Below, piece by piece: positions 17,480-26,207 of a DNA stretch of 33,984 bases; positions within the stretch are counted from its first letter, which is position 1, and each line of letters begins with the position of its first letter. Source of the stretch: an uncultured Clostridia bacterium (GTDB lineage: Bacteria > Bacillota > Clostridia > Oscillospirales > JAAYOS01); NCBI GenBank assembly GCA_944386395.1, contig CALXAZ010000164.1, positions 1 through 33,984 of the forward strand, written 5' to 3'. The translations under genes and the position numbers were made by a program. Under the pieces are notes generated by a model, which did not search any database, was not told the origin of the DNA, and saw nothing but the letters and a program-made list of their open reading frames with translations.

Positions 17480-18991
17480 ATGGAGATCGGGCTTAAAAAA
17501 GAGAATTATGTTTTTTATGATACCAAGGCGGAGCTTTCGGGGGCGCATGAGGAGGTGTATGAGACCATCGTGCCGGACGCCCTCCCGGATATACTGAGCA
17601 TAACAGACAGCTATGGGCTGGTGCTGGTCTCCTCGCGGGAACTGAGGGAGGAGAGGGCGGACATAAGCGGGCAGATACGTGCAAGCGTGATGTACAGCTC
17701 AGAAAGCGGAAGCTGTGAGCACATAAGCCTGCAAATACCGTTTTCCCACAGCTTTGAGATAAACGGAGGAGAAGGCTGTGTGCTGATGGGCGGGGCGGAA
17801 CTGCAAAGCATAGATACCCGCACGATAAATCCGAGAAAGATAATTGTAAGGGCGTCAGTGCGCGTGTGGGCAAAGATTATAGAGCCAAAGAGTTTCGAGC
17901 TCTGCTCGGGTCTTGCGGAAGATAACAGCAGCGTCCAAATACTTACCGAAAAATATTCTGCAACGCTTCCCTGTGCCGCAGGCAGAAGATCATTTACCAT
18001 CGAGGACAGACTGGAGCTCCCCGCCACGCGACCCCCGGCAGCCCGGATATTGAGGTATAGCTGCAATATGCCGGTGTCCGACTATAGCGTGATCGGGCGT
18101 AAGGTAGTGTTTAAGGGGATATTTGTGCTAAAAATTCTGTATATGAGCCATGATGGAGAATTTTTGACGCACACTGCGGAGATCCCATTTTCACAGATTG
18201 CGGATCTCGATGGGCTGGAGGATAAGGCTGAGTGTGTTATCAGGCTGTTTCCAGAGGACATCTCCCTTGTGCCAGACGAAAGCTCTGATGGAAGAAGCTT
18301 TGACCTGACATTTACTGCCGAGGCACAGGTTGAGGCATACATAACCCGTTCGCTTGAAACGGTGGGTGATCTGTACAGCACGTCGATGAAAAGCGCGGTG
18401 GACATCCGCCCTTACAGCTTCACCGGATCGGCAGGACGAACGTCGAAGCGGCAAACCATACGGGATATGATAGAGGTGCCGGTACAGGTGCGGCAAGGCT
18501 GCGACGCTGAGGTGTATTTCGATGCTGTCAGGACGGCACGGACGGACGAAGGAGTGGAATGCAGCGCAAACGCTACCGTGCGGGCGCTGTATATGGACGA
18601 GAGCGGGGCACTTGGAACAGCCACAAAAAAGCTTCAGGTGTCGGCAGTGATCCCGTCGGCGGCTGACACTGCATGTACGGCAGCGGTATCGGCTGAAAAC
18701 ATAGCGGTATCGGCGGGTGTAAACGGAGTTGAGGTAAGATTTGATGTATGCTTTGAGGCGGAATTTACAAAGCGGGAGATAATATCGGCAGTTGAAGGGG
18801 CACGGCTGGAGGAATATGGCGACGATGCGCCAGTGCGTCCGTCTGTTGTGCTGAGATACCCCTCGGCAGACGAGACGCTCTGGCAGATGGCAAAGAGATA
18901 CAATACTACTGTGGACGATATCTGCGCGGCAAATGGGATCACCGGAGAGCCTGATATGACAAAGCTGCTGCTGATCCCAAAACGCAGATAA
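17480..18991 (+). CDS. SipL-like spore morphogenetic protein (DUF3794/SPOCS-type body with a C-terminal LysM domain)
   Basis: C-terminal LysM (VVLRYPSADETLWQMAKRYNTTVDDICAANGITGEPDMTKLLLIP), a ~500-aa size like C. difficile SipL, and a position immediately upstream of spoIVA. The body-domain assignment is from memory, not a motif. Confidence 0.65.
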   Translation: MEIGLKKENYVFYDTKAELSGAHEEVYETIVPDALPDILSITDSYGLVLVSSRELREERADISGQIRASVMYSSESGSCEHISLQIPFSHSFEINGGEGCVLMGGAELQSIDTRTINPRKIIVRASVRVWAKIIEPKSFELCSGLAEDNSSVQILTEKYSATLPCAAGRRSFTIEDRLELPATRPPAARILRYSCNMPVSDYSVIGRKVVFKGIFVLKILYMSHDGEFLTHTAEIPFSQIADLDGLEDKAECVIRLFPEDISLVPDESSDGRSFDLTFTAEAQVEAYITRSLETVGDLYSTSMKSAVDIRPYSFTGSAGRTSKRQTIRDMIEVPVQVRQGCDAEVYFDAVRTARTDEGVECSANATVRALYMDESGALGTATKKLQVSAVIPSAADTACTAAVSAENIAVSAGVNGVEVRFDVCFEAEFTKREIISAVEGARLEEYGDDAPVRPSVVLRYPSADETLWQMAKRYNTTVDDICAANGITGEPDMTKLLLIPKRR

Positions 18992-19008
18992 GAGAGGAGA
19001 TGTAAGCA

Positions 19009-20487
19009 TTGGAAGACCGCAAAATTTATGAGGATATTGCCCGCAGGACTGACGGAGATATCTATATAGGCGTGGTGGGACCATGCCGCACGGGAAAGTC
19101 GACCTTTATAAAGCGCTTTATGGAGACGCTTGTAATACCGCGGATAGACAACGTGTATATGCGTGAACGGGCAAGAGACGAACTCCCGCAGAGCGGATCG
19201 GGGCGGACGATAATGACAGCCGAGCCAAAGTTTGTGCCTGAGGAGGCGGTGGATATATCGCTTGAAGGAGGGTCAAACTTCCGGGTAAGGCTTATAGACT
19301 GCGTAGGGTATATGGTAGACGGAGCGGTGGGGCAATTTGAGGACGACGCGCCGAGAATGGTGACTACACCCTGGTTTGACCACGAAATACCAATGACTGA
19401 GGCGGCAGAGGTCGGCACTCGTAAAGTCATAGCGGAACATTCGACGATAGGGATCGTGGTTACTACCGACGGAACAGTGACGGAGATCCCGAGGGAGGAC
19501 TATCTTGATGCGGAGGAGCGGGTGATAACCGAGCTAAAGGAGCTTGGCAAGCCGTTTCTTGTGCTTGTAAACTCCGCCGATCCATCCTCCGCATATGCAA
19601 AGCAGGTGGCGTCAGAGATACGGGAAAAATATGACGTAACCTGTATAACGGCAAATTGCCTCACGCTGGAAGAGGACGGCGTTACTCAGATAATAAGAGG
19701 GGTGCTGTATGAATTTCCGCTCAGGGAGCTTGGTATATTCCTGCCCGCGTGGGTGGAGGCGCTGGATGGGAGCCACCCGATAAAATCAGCCCTGTACTCG
19801 GCAATGCTTGAGAGTGCAGGAGAAATGAGACGGGTGCGCGACCTTGAGGGCGTGCTGGACACTCTGGGAGGCTGCGAGAATATCAGCAAAACAAGGGTGC
19901 AGGCGATAGACATGGGAACAGGTATCGCGCTTGCGGAGGTAGAGCTGGAGCGCACGCTGTTTTATAAGACGCTTGCCGAGCAGTCAGGATTTGACATTGC
20001 GGACGACGGGGACCTTATGAGCCTGCTGAAAGGGCTGTCACATGTTAAAAGCGAGTATGACAGGCTGGAGGGAGCGCTTGCCTCTGTGCGCCAGACGGGA
20101 TACGGTATCGTGATGCCGTCCACCGACGAGCTGACGCTTGAAGAGCCGGAGATAGTAAAGCAGGGCGGAAGGTATGGCGTGAGGCTGAAGGCGTCTGCCC
20201 CGTCGATACATATGATGCGGGCGGACATACAGACCGAGGTAAGCCCGATAGTGGGCAGCGAAAAGCAGTCGGAGGACCTTGTACACTATCTTCTCAGCGA
20301 ATTTGAGGAGAATCCGGCGCAGATATGGCAGTCGAACATCTTTGGCAAGTCGCTGCATGACCTTGTCAGCGAGGGCTTGAACGGTAAGCTCAAGCGTATG
20401 CCGGACGACGCGCGCGACAAGCTGCGCGAGACTCTCCAGAGGATAATCAACGAGGGCAGCGGCGGGCTTATCTGCATCATATTGTAA
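19009..20487 (+). CDS. spoIVA: Stage IV sporulation protein A (spore coat morphogenetic ATPase)
   Basis: Closely parallels the B. subtilis SpoIVA N-terminus: IYEDIARRTDGDIYIGVVGPCRTGKSTFIKRFME...ELPQSGSGRTIMTAEPKFVP (Walker A). TTG start 9 nt after GAGGAG. Confidence 0.95.
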   Translation: MEDRKIYEDIARRTDGDIYIGVVGPCRTGKSTFIKRFMETLVIPRIDNVYMRERARDELPQSGSGRTIMTAEPKFVPEEAVDISLEGGSNFRVRLIDCVGYMVDGAVGQFEDDAPRMVTTPWFDHEIPMTEAAEVGTRKVIAEHSTIGIVVTTDGTVTEIPREDYLDAEERVITELKELGKPFLVLVNSADPSSAYAKQVASEIREKYDVTCITANCLTLEEDGVTQIIRGVLYEFPLRELGIFLPAWVEALDGSHPIKSALYSAMLESAGEMRRVRDLEGVLDTLGGCENISKTRVQAIDMGTGIALAEVELERTLFYKTLAEQSGFDIADDGDLMSLLKGLSHVKSEYDRLEGALASVRQTGYGIVMPSTDELTLEEPEIVKQGGRYGVRLKASAPSIHMMRADIQTEVSPIVGSEKQSEDLVHYLLSEFEENPAQIWQSNIFGKSLHDLVSEGLNGKLKRMPDDARDKLRETLQRIINEGSGGLICIIL

Positions 20488-20507
20488 GCAGGTATATGGC
20501 AAAACGA

Positions 20508-20540
20508 AATGCACAGCGGTATTCCGCTGTGCATTTTGCT
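20508..20540 (+). terminator. Intrinsic terminator after spoIVA
   Basis: AAATGCACAGCGG-TATT-CCGCTGTGCATTT followed by TGCT. Confidence 0.8.
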
Positions 20541-20799
20541 GATTAAAGAAGTGTTGATAAGCATTAAATATACAAATATGAACAAAAATATTTAACAAAA
20601 AGATTGACATGTTACAATGGATGCAGTAAAATTTTAACATATAGATAACAAATTTGCCAGAGGTGATACCAATGCAGCAGGACAGCAACATGCAATATGC
20701 AGTATGGGACATGGCTGTTAGAGGTATAAAATATAAAAACAATATTTTAAAAATCTGTTTTCAGACTATAGGGGTAAGGGAAAGAACGGGGTACAACAA

Positions 20800-21732
20800 A
20801 TGAAAAAAATAACTGCTTTTCTGATAAACGTGATTGTGATAAGCGGTATGCTTTATACGTCTGCAGGTTTCAGCGCTGATGAGCTGCCGACAGCGGACAG
20901 CTCATATTTCAGCTATGACGAGCAGGGAATTTACGCGGAAATAGACATGCTGATGACGGCGTATGCAGAGAGCGGCGCCTTTGAAGTTATGAACACAGAG
21001 CATACATATGAAATTTACGGTCCGTATAAGCAGGGCAGGATAGATATGGATAAGCTTTTTGAGACAGAGGATATGACCGGATTTGAGGATGTGCTCGAAA
21101 GCGAGCTGTATGCTAAATATTTTGTATACTGTGAAAACAGTGACGGCGAATCCATGTGGCTTGATTTTCAATTTGCCGTCAGTGACGGAGTGCCGGGCTT
21201 CTACGGCGGAGGTGAGGTGTACGCCCCGCTGGCGGAGTCCCTGCTCGATTTCCAGAGCAATTTCACCGATAATGATTTTATCCTTATCGACAATGCCACA
21301 GAATATCTGTTCATAACAGATTCGGACAGCCGGGAGATCGGCTTTTTATCAACAGAGGGGGCTGACAGCTCCGGATACGATTCGGCTGATTTGATTGAAT
21401 ATTATAAAGAGCAGTATGAAGATGTGTATGGATCAATGAACGCAGAGGGAAGCGGCGGCATAGGGATGAAAACTGTGACATTCGACGGCTTTGTAAATGG
21501 TGAAAGTGAATCTGACGCTCCGGGGGACACATCAGACAACGGGGCTGAACAGGAGGAGACGGACGATCCTGTTACTCAGCAGGAAGCAACAGATGATGGG
21601 TCTGCACCTGAAGGGACAGGCTCTCCGGCTGCACCGGATACACCGAATATGCTTATCATCGGTTTGTCTGCCGTTGTAATATTTGTTATTATAGCGTGTG
21701 TGGCTATAGTCAGAAAAAGATCGACAAAATAA
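20800..21732 (+). CDS. Hypothetical acidic secreted protein with an N-terminal signal peptide and a C-terminal membrane anchor
   Basis: MKKITAFLINVIVISGMLYTSAGFSA signal-like N-terminus, a D/E-rich body, and C-terminal MLIIGLSAVVIFVIIACVAIV followed by RKRSTK. Confidence 0.7.
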   Translation: MKKITAFLINVIVISGMLYTSAGFSADELPTADSSYFSYDEQGIYAEIDMLMTAYAESGAFEVMNTEHTYEIYGPYKQGRIDMDKLFETEDMTGFEDVLESELYAKYFVYCENSDGESMWLDFQFAVSDGVPGFYGGGEVYAPLAESLLDFQSNFTDNDFILIDNATEYLFITDSDSREIGFLSTEGADSSGYDSADLIEYYKEQYEDVYGSMNAEGSGGIGMKTVTFDGFVNGESESDAPGDTSDNGAEQEETDDPVTQQEATDDGSAPEGTGSPAAPDTPNMLIIGLSAVVIFVIIACVAIVRKRSTK

Positions 21733-21762
21733 AAAAGAGCGGACTTTCAAGTCCGCTCTTTC
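21731..21762. terminator. Bidirectional terminator between the secreted-protein gene and recR
   Basis: AAAAAAGAGCGGACT-TTCA-AGTCCGCTCTTT. Confidence 0.85.
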
Positions 21763-21770
21763 AGTTTCAG

Positions 21771-22370
21771 TTATATATCCCTTCTGCCCTCAAGCGCGCG
21801 GCTGAGGGTGATCTCGTCGGTAAATTCCAGATGGCTCCCAATCGGGATACCATATGCAAGCCGCGTCACCCGGACTCCAAACGGACGGAGCAGGCGGGAT
21901 ATGTACATAGCGGTGGCCTCCCCTTCGGTGTCAGGATTTGTCGCCATGATGACCTCCTTGACCTCACCGGAATTTACACGGGCAAGCAGCTCCTTTATCC
22001 GGATATCGTCGGGACTTACATGGCTCATCGGGGATATCACGCCGTGCAGAACATGGTATTTCCCCTTAAATTCTGCGGTGCGCTCTATTGCCGCTACGTC
22101 CTTTGGGTCGGACACTACGCATATGACCGAGCTGTCCCGCGTATTTGAGGCACATATCGGGCAAATTTCTTCTGTAGTGAGGTTTTGGCAGCATTTGCAG
22201 AATTTTATTTCGCTCTTTGCCTGCAAAAGGGCAGAAGCAAAGGCTGCCGCCTCGTCGTCCGGCAGGGAGAGGATGTGAAACGCAAGCCGCTGCGCCGTTT
22301 TCCTCCCAATTCCAGGTAACCGCGCGAAATGGTCTATCAAATTTTCAACCGGTGCGGGAAAATACTGCAT
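21771..22370 (-). CDS. recR: Recombination protein RecR
   Basis: LIDHFARLPGIGRKTAQRLAFHIL (HhH), a C4 zinc finger (CKCC...CPIC) and a Toprim segment. Sits in dnaX-ybaB-recR synteny. Confidence 0.95.
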   Translation of the reverse strand: MQYFPAPVENLIDHFARLPGIGRKTAQRLAFHILSLPDDEAAAFASALLQAKSEIKFCKCCQNLTTEEICPICASNTRDSSVICVVSDPKDVAAIERTAEFKGKYHVLHGVISPMSHVSPDDIRIKELLARVNSGEVKEVIMATNPDTEGEATAMYISRLLRPFGVRVTRLAYGIPIGSHLEFTDEITLSRALEGRRDI

Positions 22371-22394
22371 CCTGCTGCCTCCTGAAAATACAGT

Positions 22395-22742
22395 TTAAAA
22401 AAGACCGGGAATGTTCAGACCGCCTGTGAATCTGGACATTTCTTTTTCGGCTGTTGCGTCCGCTTCGGCGTTTGCTGCGTTTACAGCAGCAACTATCATG
22501 TCCTGAAGCATCTCCACATCGTCTGGGTCGACAGCTTCAGGGTCTATCGTAACTGAGCGGAGCTCATGCTTCCCGTTTACAACAGCGGTTACCATCCCGC
22601 CGCCCGAAGTTGCGCTGAATTCGCGCTCCTGAAGCTCCTCCTGCATCTTTATCATTTCTTCCTGCATCTTTTTGATGGCGTTCATGTTCATTCCGCCGGG
22701 CATTCCACCGCCCTTGGGCATGTTGGGAAATTTCCTTGCCAT
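22395..22742 (-). CDS. ybaB: YbaB/EbfC-family nucleoid-associated protein
   Basis: 115 aa with MQEEMIKMQEELQEREFSATSGGGMVTAVVNGKHEL...GLNIPGLF. Canonical position between dnaX and recR. Confidence 0.93.
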   Translation of the reverse strand: MARKFPNMPKGGGMPGGMNMNAIKKMQEEMIKMQEELQEREFSATSGGGMVTAVVNGKHELRSVTIDPEAVDPDDVEMLQDMIVAAVNAANAEADATAEKEMSRFTGGLNIPGLF

Positions 22743-22758
22743 GTCTGTCCTCCTGAAA

Positions 22759-24441
22759 TTATTCTATGATTATGTTGTCAAACTTTTTGCTGAGTTCTAT
22801 CAGCCGCTCGAGCCCGTCGTCTGTCTTTGTATCGTTTTTCGCGGCTTCTTGACCGTGCGGTTCCTTTGCCCGGTATTCCGAGACGAGGGTTATTTCTGCC
22901 GTGACCTCGTGACCGAGCACCTTGCTGGCAGCGGAAGATACCGCGTCCAGCACATCCCTGCGACCGAGAAGCTTTTTTACAAAGTCGCTGTCGGCAAGCA
23001 GGACAAGCCTGTTGCCCTCCACAGGGGGAGTACGCATTGAAACAAGATGCGGATAATACGAAAAGGATATGTGGGAACGCACCTCCTGCAATACCTGCGA
23101 CCACCAGCCTGCGGGGACCTGGCTGTTGTCTGTCGCGTTTAAAGCGGAAGAAGTGCTGGCGTTGTCTAAAGGAGGGGTAGCCTTAAGCTGAGAGGAATTT
23201 TTGCCGGCAGACCTCTGGGGGGCGCCTTTGGGCACAGGGGCTGCCGTGTCCCACGGGGGAAGATCATCTTCGTCTGCGGGGGGAGCTGCCTCTGTGCTGC
23301 GGGGGACAGAGGGCTTTGCTGTAGCCCGGATATGGGAAACAGGGTCCTGTTCCTGAGAGACCGCCTGAGTGGGAGAGGAGCACAGCTTTATTATGCAGAG
23401 CTCACAATCTGTCCTGCGGTTCTGGCTGCGCTGGAGGCGGGTAAGGGTGTCCTGTACCACGGAAAGCATATATATCAGCCTGTCAGGCGTGAGCGTGATT
23501 TCATCAAAAGAGGAGGGGCTGTATCCCCCGGTGATGAGGGAGCTGTCGCCGGTGGTTTTGTATATCAGTATGTCACGAAACAGCGTGGACAGCTCGCTGA
23601 GAAAGGAGGAGAGCTCCTTTCCGCCGTAATATACATCACCCAAAAGTTCGAGCGCACGCCTTGTATCATGTTCAGCGACTGCTGAAGCGAGCCTCATGGT
23701 GTCGTTTTCCCCGGCAAGACCAAGTGTCGCAAGCACCTCGTCGGTGCCGATAGCCGAGTCTGACGCGGCGGCACACTGGTCAAGTATGGATATTGCGTCG
23801 CGCAGCGCTCCGTCTGACAGCCTTGCGATAAGTTTTGCGGCGTCCTCGGCAAGGGGGATATTTTCGGCTGAAGCTATTTCATGCAAGCGCGTTGCAATAT
23901 CGCCTGGCTGTATCCGCTTAAAGGTAAAGCGCTGACAGCGGGAAAGTATGGTTGCGGGGACTTTGTGCAGCTCTGTTGTGGCGAGTATAAAAAGCACATG
24001 GGGAGGTGGCTCCTCAAGAGTTTTTAAAAGGGCGTTAAAAGCGCCGCCGGAGAGCATATGGCACTCGTCAATAATGTATACCCTGAGACGGGTCTCTGCG
24101 GGCGAGTATATGGTTTGTTCGCGGATGGCGCGGATATTGTCGACGCCTGAGTTGGAAGCGGCGTCGATCTCTATGACATCGGTGATAGAGCCTTCGTTTA
24201 TCCCGATGCAGGACGGGCACCTGTTGCACGGCTCGCCGCCGTTGGGCGACTGGCAGTTGGCAGCCTTGGCAAGGAGCTTGGCACAGGTGGTTTTGCCGGT
24301 GCCGCGGGTACCTGTAAAGAGATAGGCGTGGCTCAGCCTGCCGGAGGCTATCTGATTTTTAAGCGTGTCGGTGACATGCCTCTGTCCTACGACATCGGCA
24401 AATACCATTGGTCTCCATTTCCGGTAAAGGGCCTGATACAC
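22759..24441 (-). CDS. dnaX: DNA polymerase III subunit gamma/tau
   Basis: MYQALYRKWRPMVFADVVGQRHV..., Walker A GTRGTGKTT, a zinc module (CQSPNGGEPCNRCPSC) and SRC motif (ILSRCQRF). Confidence 0.95.
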   Translation of the reverse strand: MYQALYRKWRPMVFADVVGQRHVTDTLKNQIASGRLSHAYLFTGTRGTGKTTCAKLLAKAANCQSPNGGEPCNRCPSCIGINEGSITDVIEIDAASNSGVDNIRAIREQTIYSPAETRLRVYIIDECHMLSGGAFNALLKTLEEPPPHVLFILATTELHKVPATILSRCQRFTFKRIQPGDIATRLHEIASAENIPLAEDAAKLIARLSDGALRDAISILDQCAAASDSAIGTDEVLATLGLAGENDTMRLASAVAEHDTRRALELLGDVYYGGKELSSFLSELSTLFRDILIYKTTGDSSLITGGYSPSSFDEITLTPDRLIYMLSVVQDTLTRLQRSQNRRTDCELCIIKLCSSPTQAVSQEQDPVSHIRATAKPSVPRSTEAAPPADEDDLPPWDTAAPVPKGAPQRSAGKNSSQLKATPPLDNASTSSALNATDNSQVPAGWWSQVLQEVRSHISFSYYPHLVSMRTPPVEGNRLVLLADSDFVKKLLGRRDVLDAVSSAASKVLGHEVTAEITLVSEYRAKEPHGQEAAKNDTKTDDGLERLIELSKKFDNIIIE

Positions 24442-24510
24442 ACATATCCCTCCATTACAAATACAGAGCCCCTATGCCGCTGGGGCAAAAAGGACCCTGA
24501 AAGGTTTGCA

Positions 24511-24805
24511 CGTCATACCGCAAAACCGCACACCCGGCTTTGAGCGCTGCTTCTGCCCGTAACCTTGGCATCCGGCTCGGACACGGTTTCCCCGCGGCAC
24601 ACCCGGAGCTCCGCTTAATGCTGCTCGGTTCCCCGCCTGACATGGTTCACGGTTCCAGATTGCGCGGGACCGGGTCCTCAGCACCGTTTGCGAAGGGCAG
24701 ACGGCAGAGCGCAGCGCCCGGGGCCGGGGATTCATCCCCGCTATAGCGGATTTCGGGAAGAGGGAGCCGCTAATTCCCCGACTAGTGCGGTTTTGCCGTA
24801 TGACG
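24511..24805 (-). ncRNA. ffs: Signal recognition particle RNA, long (Alu-domain-containing) form
   Basis: Minus strand contains the domain IV core GUCAGGCGGGGAACCGAGCAGC (E. coli has GUCAGGUCCGGAAGGAAGCAGC). A 21-bp terminal helix joins CGUCAUACGGCAAAACCGCAC and GUGCGGUUUUGCGGUAUGACG with one mismatch. Canonical location upstream of dnaX. Ends are approximate. Confidence 0.88.
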
Positions 24806-24856
24806 TTATTTGCAAAGGTATCTCGATACCTTTTAAGTACCTGAGCACACTCATAT

Positions 24857-24885
24857 AGTATACCACAGCGACGGGATTTAATCAA
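24857..24885 (-). promoter_or_regulatory. Sigma-A promoter of ffs
   Basis: Minus strand TTGATT (24885-24880), 17 nt, TATACT (24862-24857). Confidence 0.6.
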
Positions 24886-25147
24886 CAATGATTTGTGTAA
24901 GGGCAGGGAGCAATAAAAGCTGCCGGGAAAAAGCAGATTTGTCAGGCAGGTTTTGTGTTTAAATCGGATAAATTATCGCGTAATTTTTGTAAAAATTTTA
25001 TAGAATATATTGAAATAATTTTAAATATATATCAAAATTATACGTGTAAGGATATAAAATTTGCGGCATAAAAGAAAGGGTGATACCGATGGTGCATGAG
25101 GGGGCAGAGGACTGTAGCTAAAAGTGACGTAAAGAAAGGAGAAGGAA

Positions 25148-25494
25148 ATAAAAAAGAAAATATTCGCAATGATTTTTGCTGTAATAATGGTTGCGTCGGC
25201 GCTGGCGTCCGGATATGTGCTCGCGAGCGGGTACGAGGATGTGCCCGAGCCGGTGGTTTCCGGCAGCGTGGTTATTGTGATAATTGCGGCGGGACTATGC
25301 GTCAGCAGTTTGTCTATGGTAAATGGATAGATTATGCGAGCAGTAGCTGCGTACACGGCAACCCGAGGATGGATGACATAGAACAGATGCGCTCGGTGAT
25401 CGAAGGATGGATATGCAGCGATTGCGGATACGGGTATTCAGACAGTTACACCGAGACGAGGACCTATTGCGAATACTGGGGAGAAGAGGTCTGA
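25148..25494 (+). pseudogene. Small secreted Cys-rich (CxxC...CxxC) protein gene, apparently split by a -1 frameshift and with ATA at the SD-positioned start
   Basis: Frame A (25148-25330) encodes a signal peptide, (I)KKKIFAMIFAVIMVASALASGYVLA. Frame B (to 25494) encodes YCDNCGG...WICSDCGYG...YC. The frame B N-terminus (from ATG 25096) is Arg/Gly/Cys junk typical of an off-frame hydrophobic segment. See finding. Confidence 0.35.
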
Positions 25495-25537
25495 TTTGGA
25501 CATTTCCCGCAGGCAAAACCAAATAAGCTGTGGATAT

Positions 25538-25575
25538 AAAAACCCCGCATACACACGTATGCGGGGGTTTGTTTT
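25538..25575. terminator. Bidirectional terminator between the small Cys-rich gene and the CYTH gene
   Basis: AAAAACCCCGCATAC-ACAC-GTATGCGGGGGTTTGTTTT. Confidence 0.85.
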
Positions 25576-25577
25576 GA

Positions 25578-26207
25578 CTATTGGTTCCTGCTGCGAATAA
25601 GGCGCAGGGCCTTTTCGTATTTGCTCAGCACCTCGCGTTCGAGCTTATATTTCTGCGTAAAAAGCGTCGACAGCGGCGCAAGCGCCTCCGGTGAGCCGAA
25701 TAGCAGCTCAAGCTCGAGCTGGAGGATAGGCTGTGACTTGTCATCGGCATTTATTGTGCCATTGTCGATTGCCATGTCTACCACTACCCCGTCATGCATC
25801 CTGAGTATCGCGCTTTTACGGACAAATTCGATGTGACACCGCTCCACCAGCGGAGCCTGACCGATTATCTCGAGTATCTGCCCCGGCGCGCCCCTGTCCA
25901 CGAGCATTGGCAGCGCCTTATCTATGTCGGCACAGCATACCTGCCATTCGTTTCTTGAAAACATATACCCTGTGACATCGACAGAAGGGGTTTTCAGGCT
26001 TACTATCGGGTTGCCGTTTTCATACCTTATCCTTAGCGACCAGCGCAGTGTGGACAGCGCATTTCCCGGGGTGTCATAATATACCGAGGACATCGGCGTT
26101 GTCTTGATATCCCCGGAGATATTTTCCGAAACCATGGGGTCTTCAAATATCCGCTCCGCCGTCTGGGTATTTGGTATGGCAAGCTTCATCTCTAATTCTG
26201 TCGGCAT
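25578..26207 (-). CDS. CYTH-domain (triphosphate tunnel metalloenzyme) protein
   Basis: N-terminal ELEMKL signature (ExExK), alternating beta-strand pattern, 209 aa. Confidence 0.7.
   Translation of the reverse strand: MPTELEMKLAIPNTQTAERIFEDPMVSENISGDIKTTPMSSVYYDTPGNALSTLRWSLRIRYENGNPIVSLKTPSVDVTGYMFSRNEWQVCCADIDKALPMLVDRGAPGQILEIIGQAPLVERCHIEFVRKSAILRMHDGVVVDMAIDNGTINADDKSQPILQLELELLFGSPEALAPLSTLFTQKYKLEREVLSKYEKALRLIRSRNQ

Noticed and set aside
21640-21732. C-terminus of the acidic secreted protein as a sortase (LPXTG-type) sorting signal
   Set aside because: A TM helix plus an RKRSTK tail is present, but the preceding sequence (SPAAPDTPNM) has no LPXTG, SPKTG or PPKTG-like motif ending in G. 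I call it a simple membrane anchor.
22972-22978. In-phase A AAA AAG heptamer in dnaX (codons GTA AAA AAG, VKK), identical to the E. coli dnaX -1 frameshift site
   Set aside because: The -1 frame stays open for ~65 Arg-rich codons instead of stopping at once. The site lies near residue 472 of 560, so the product would be almost full length. I see no upstream SD-like element or downstream stem-loop at the right spacing. It is most likely a chance Lys-Lys codon pair.
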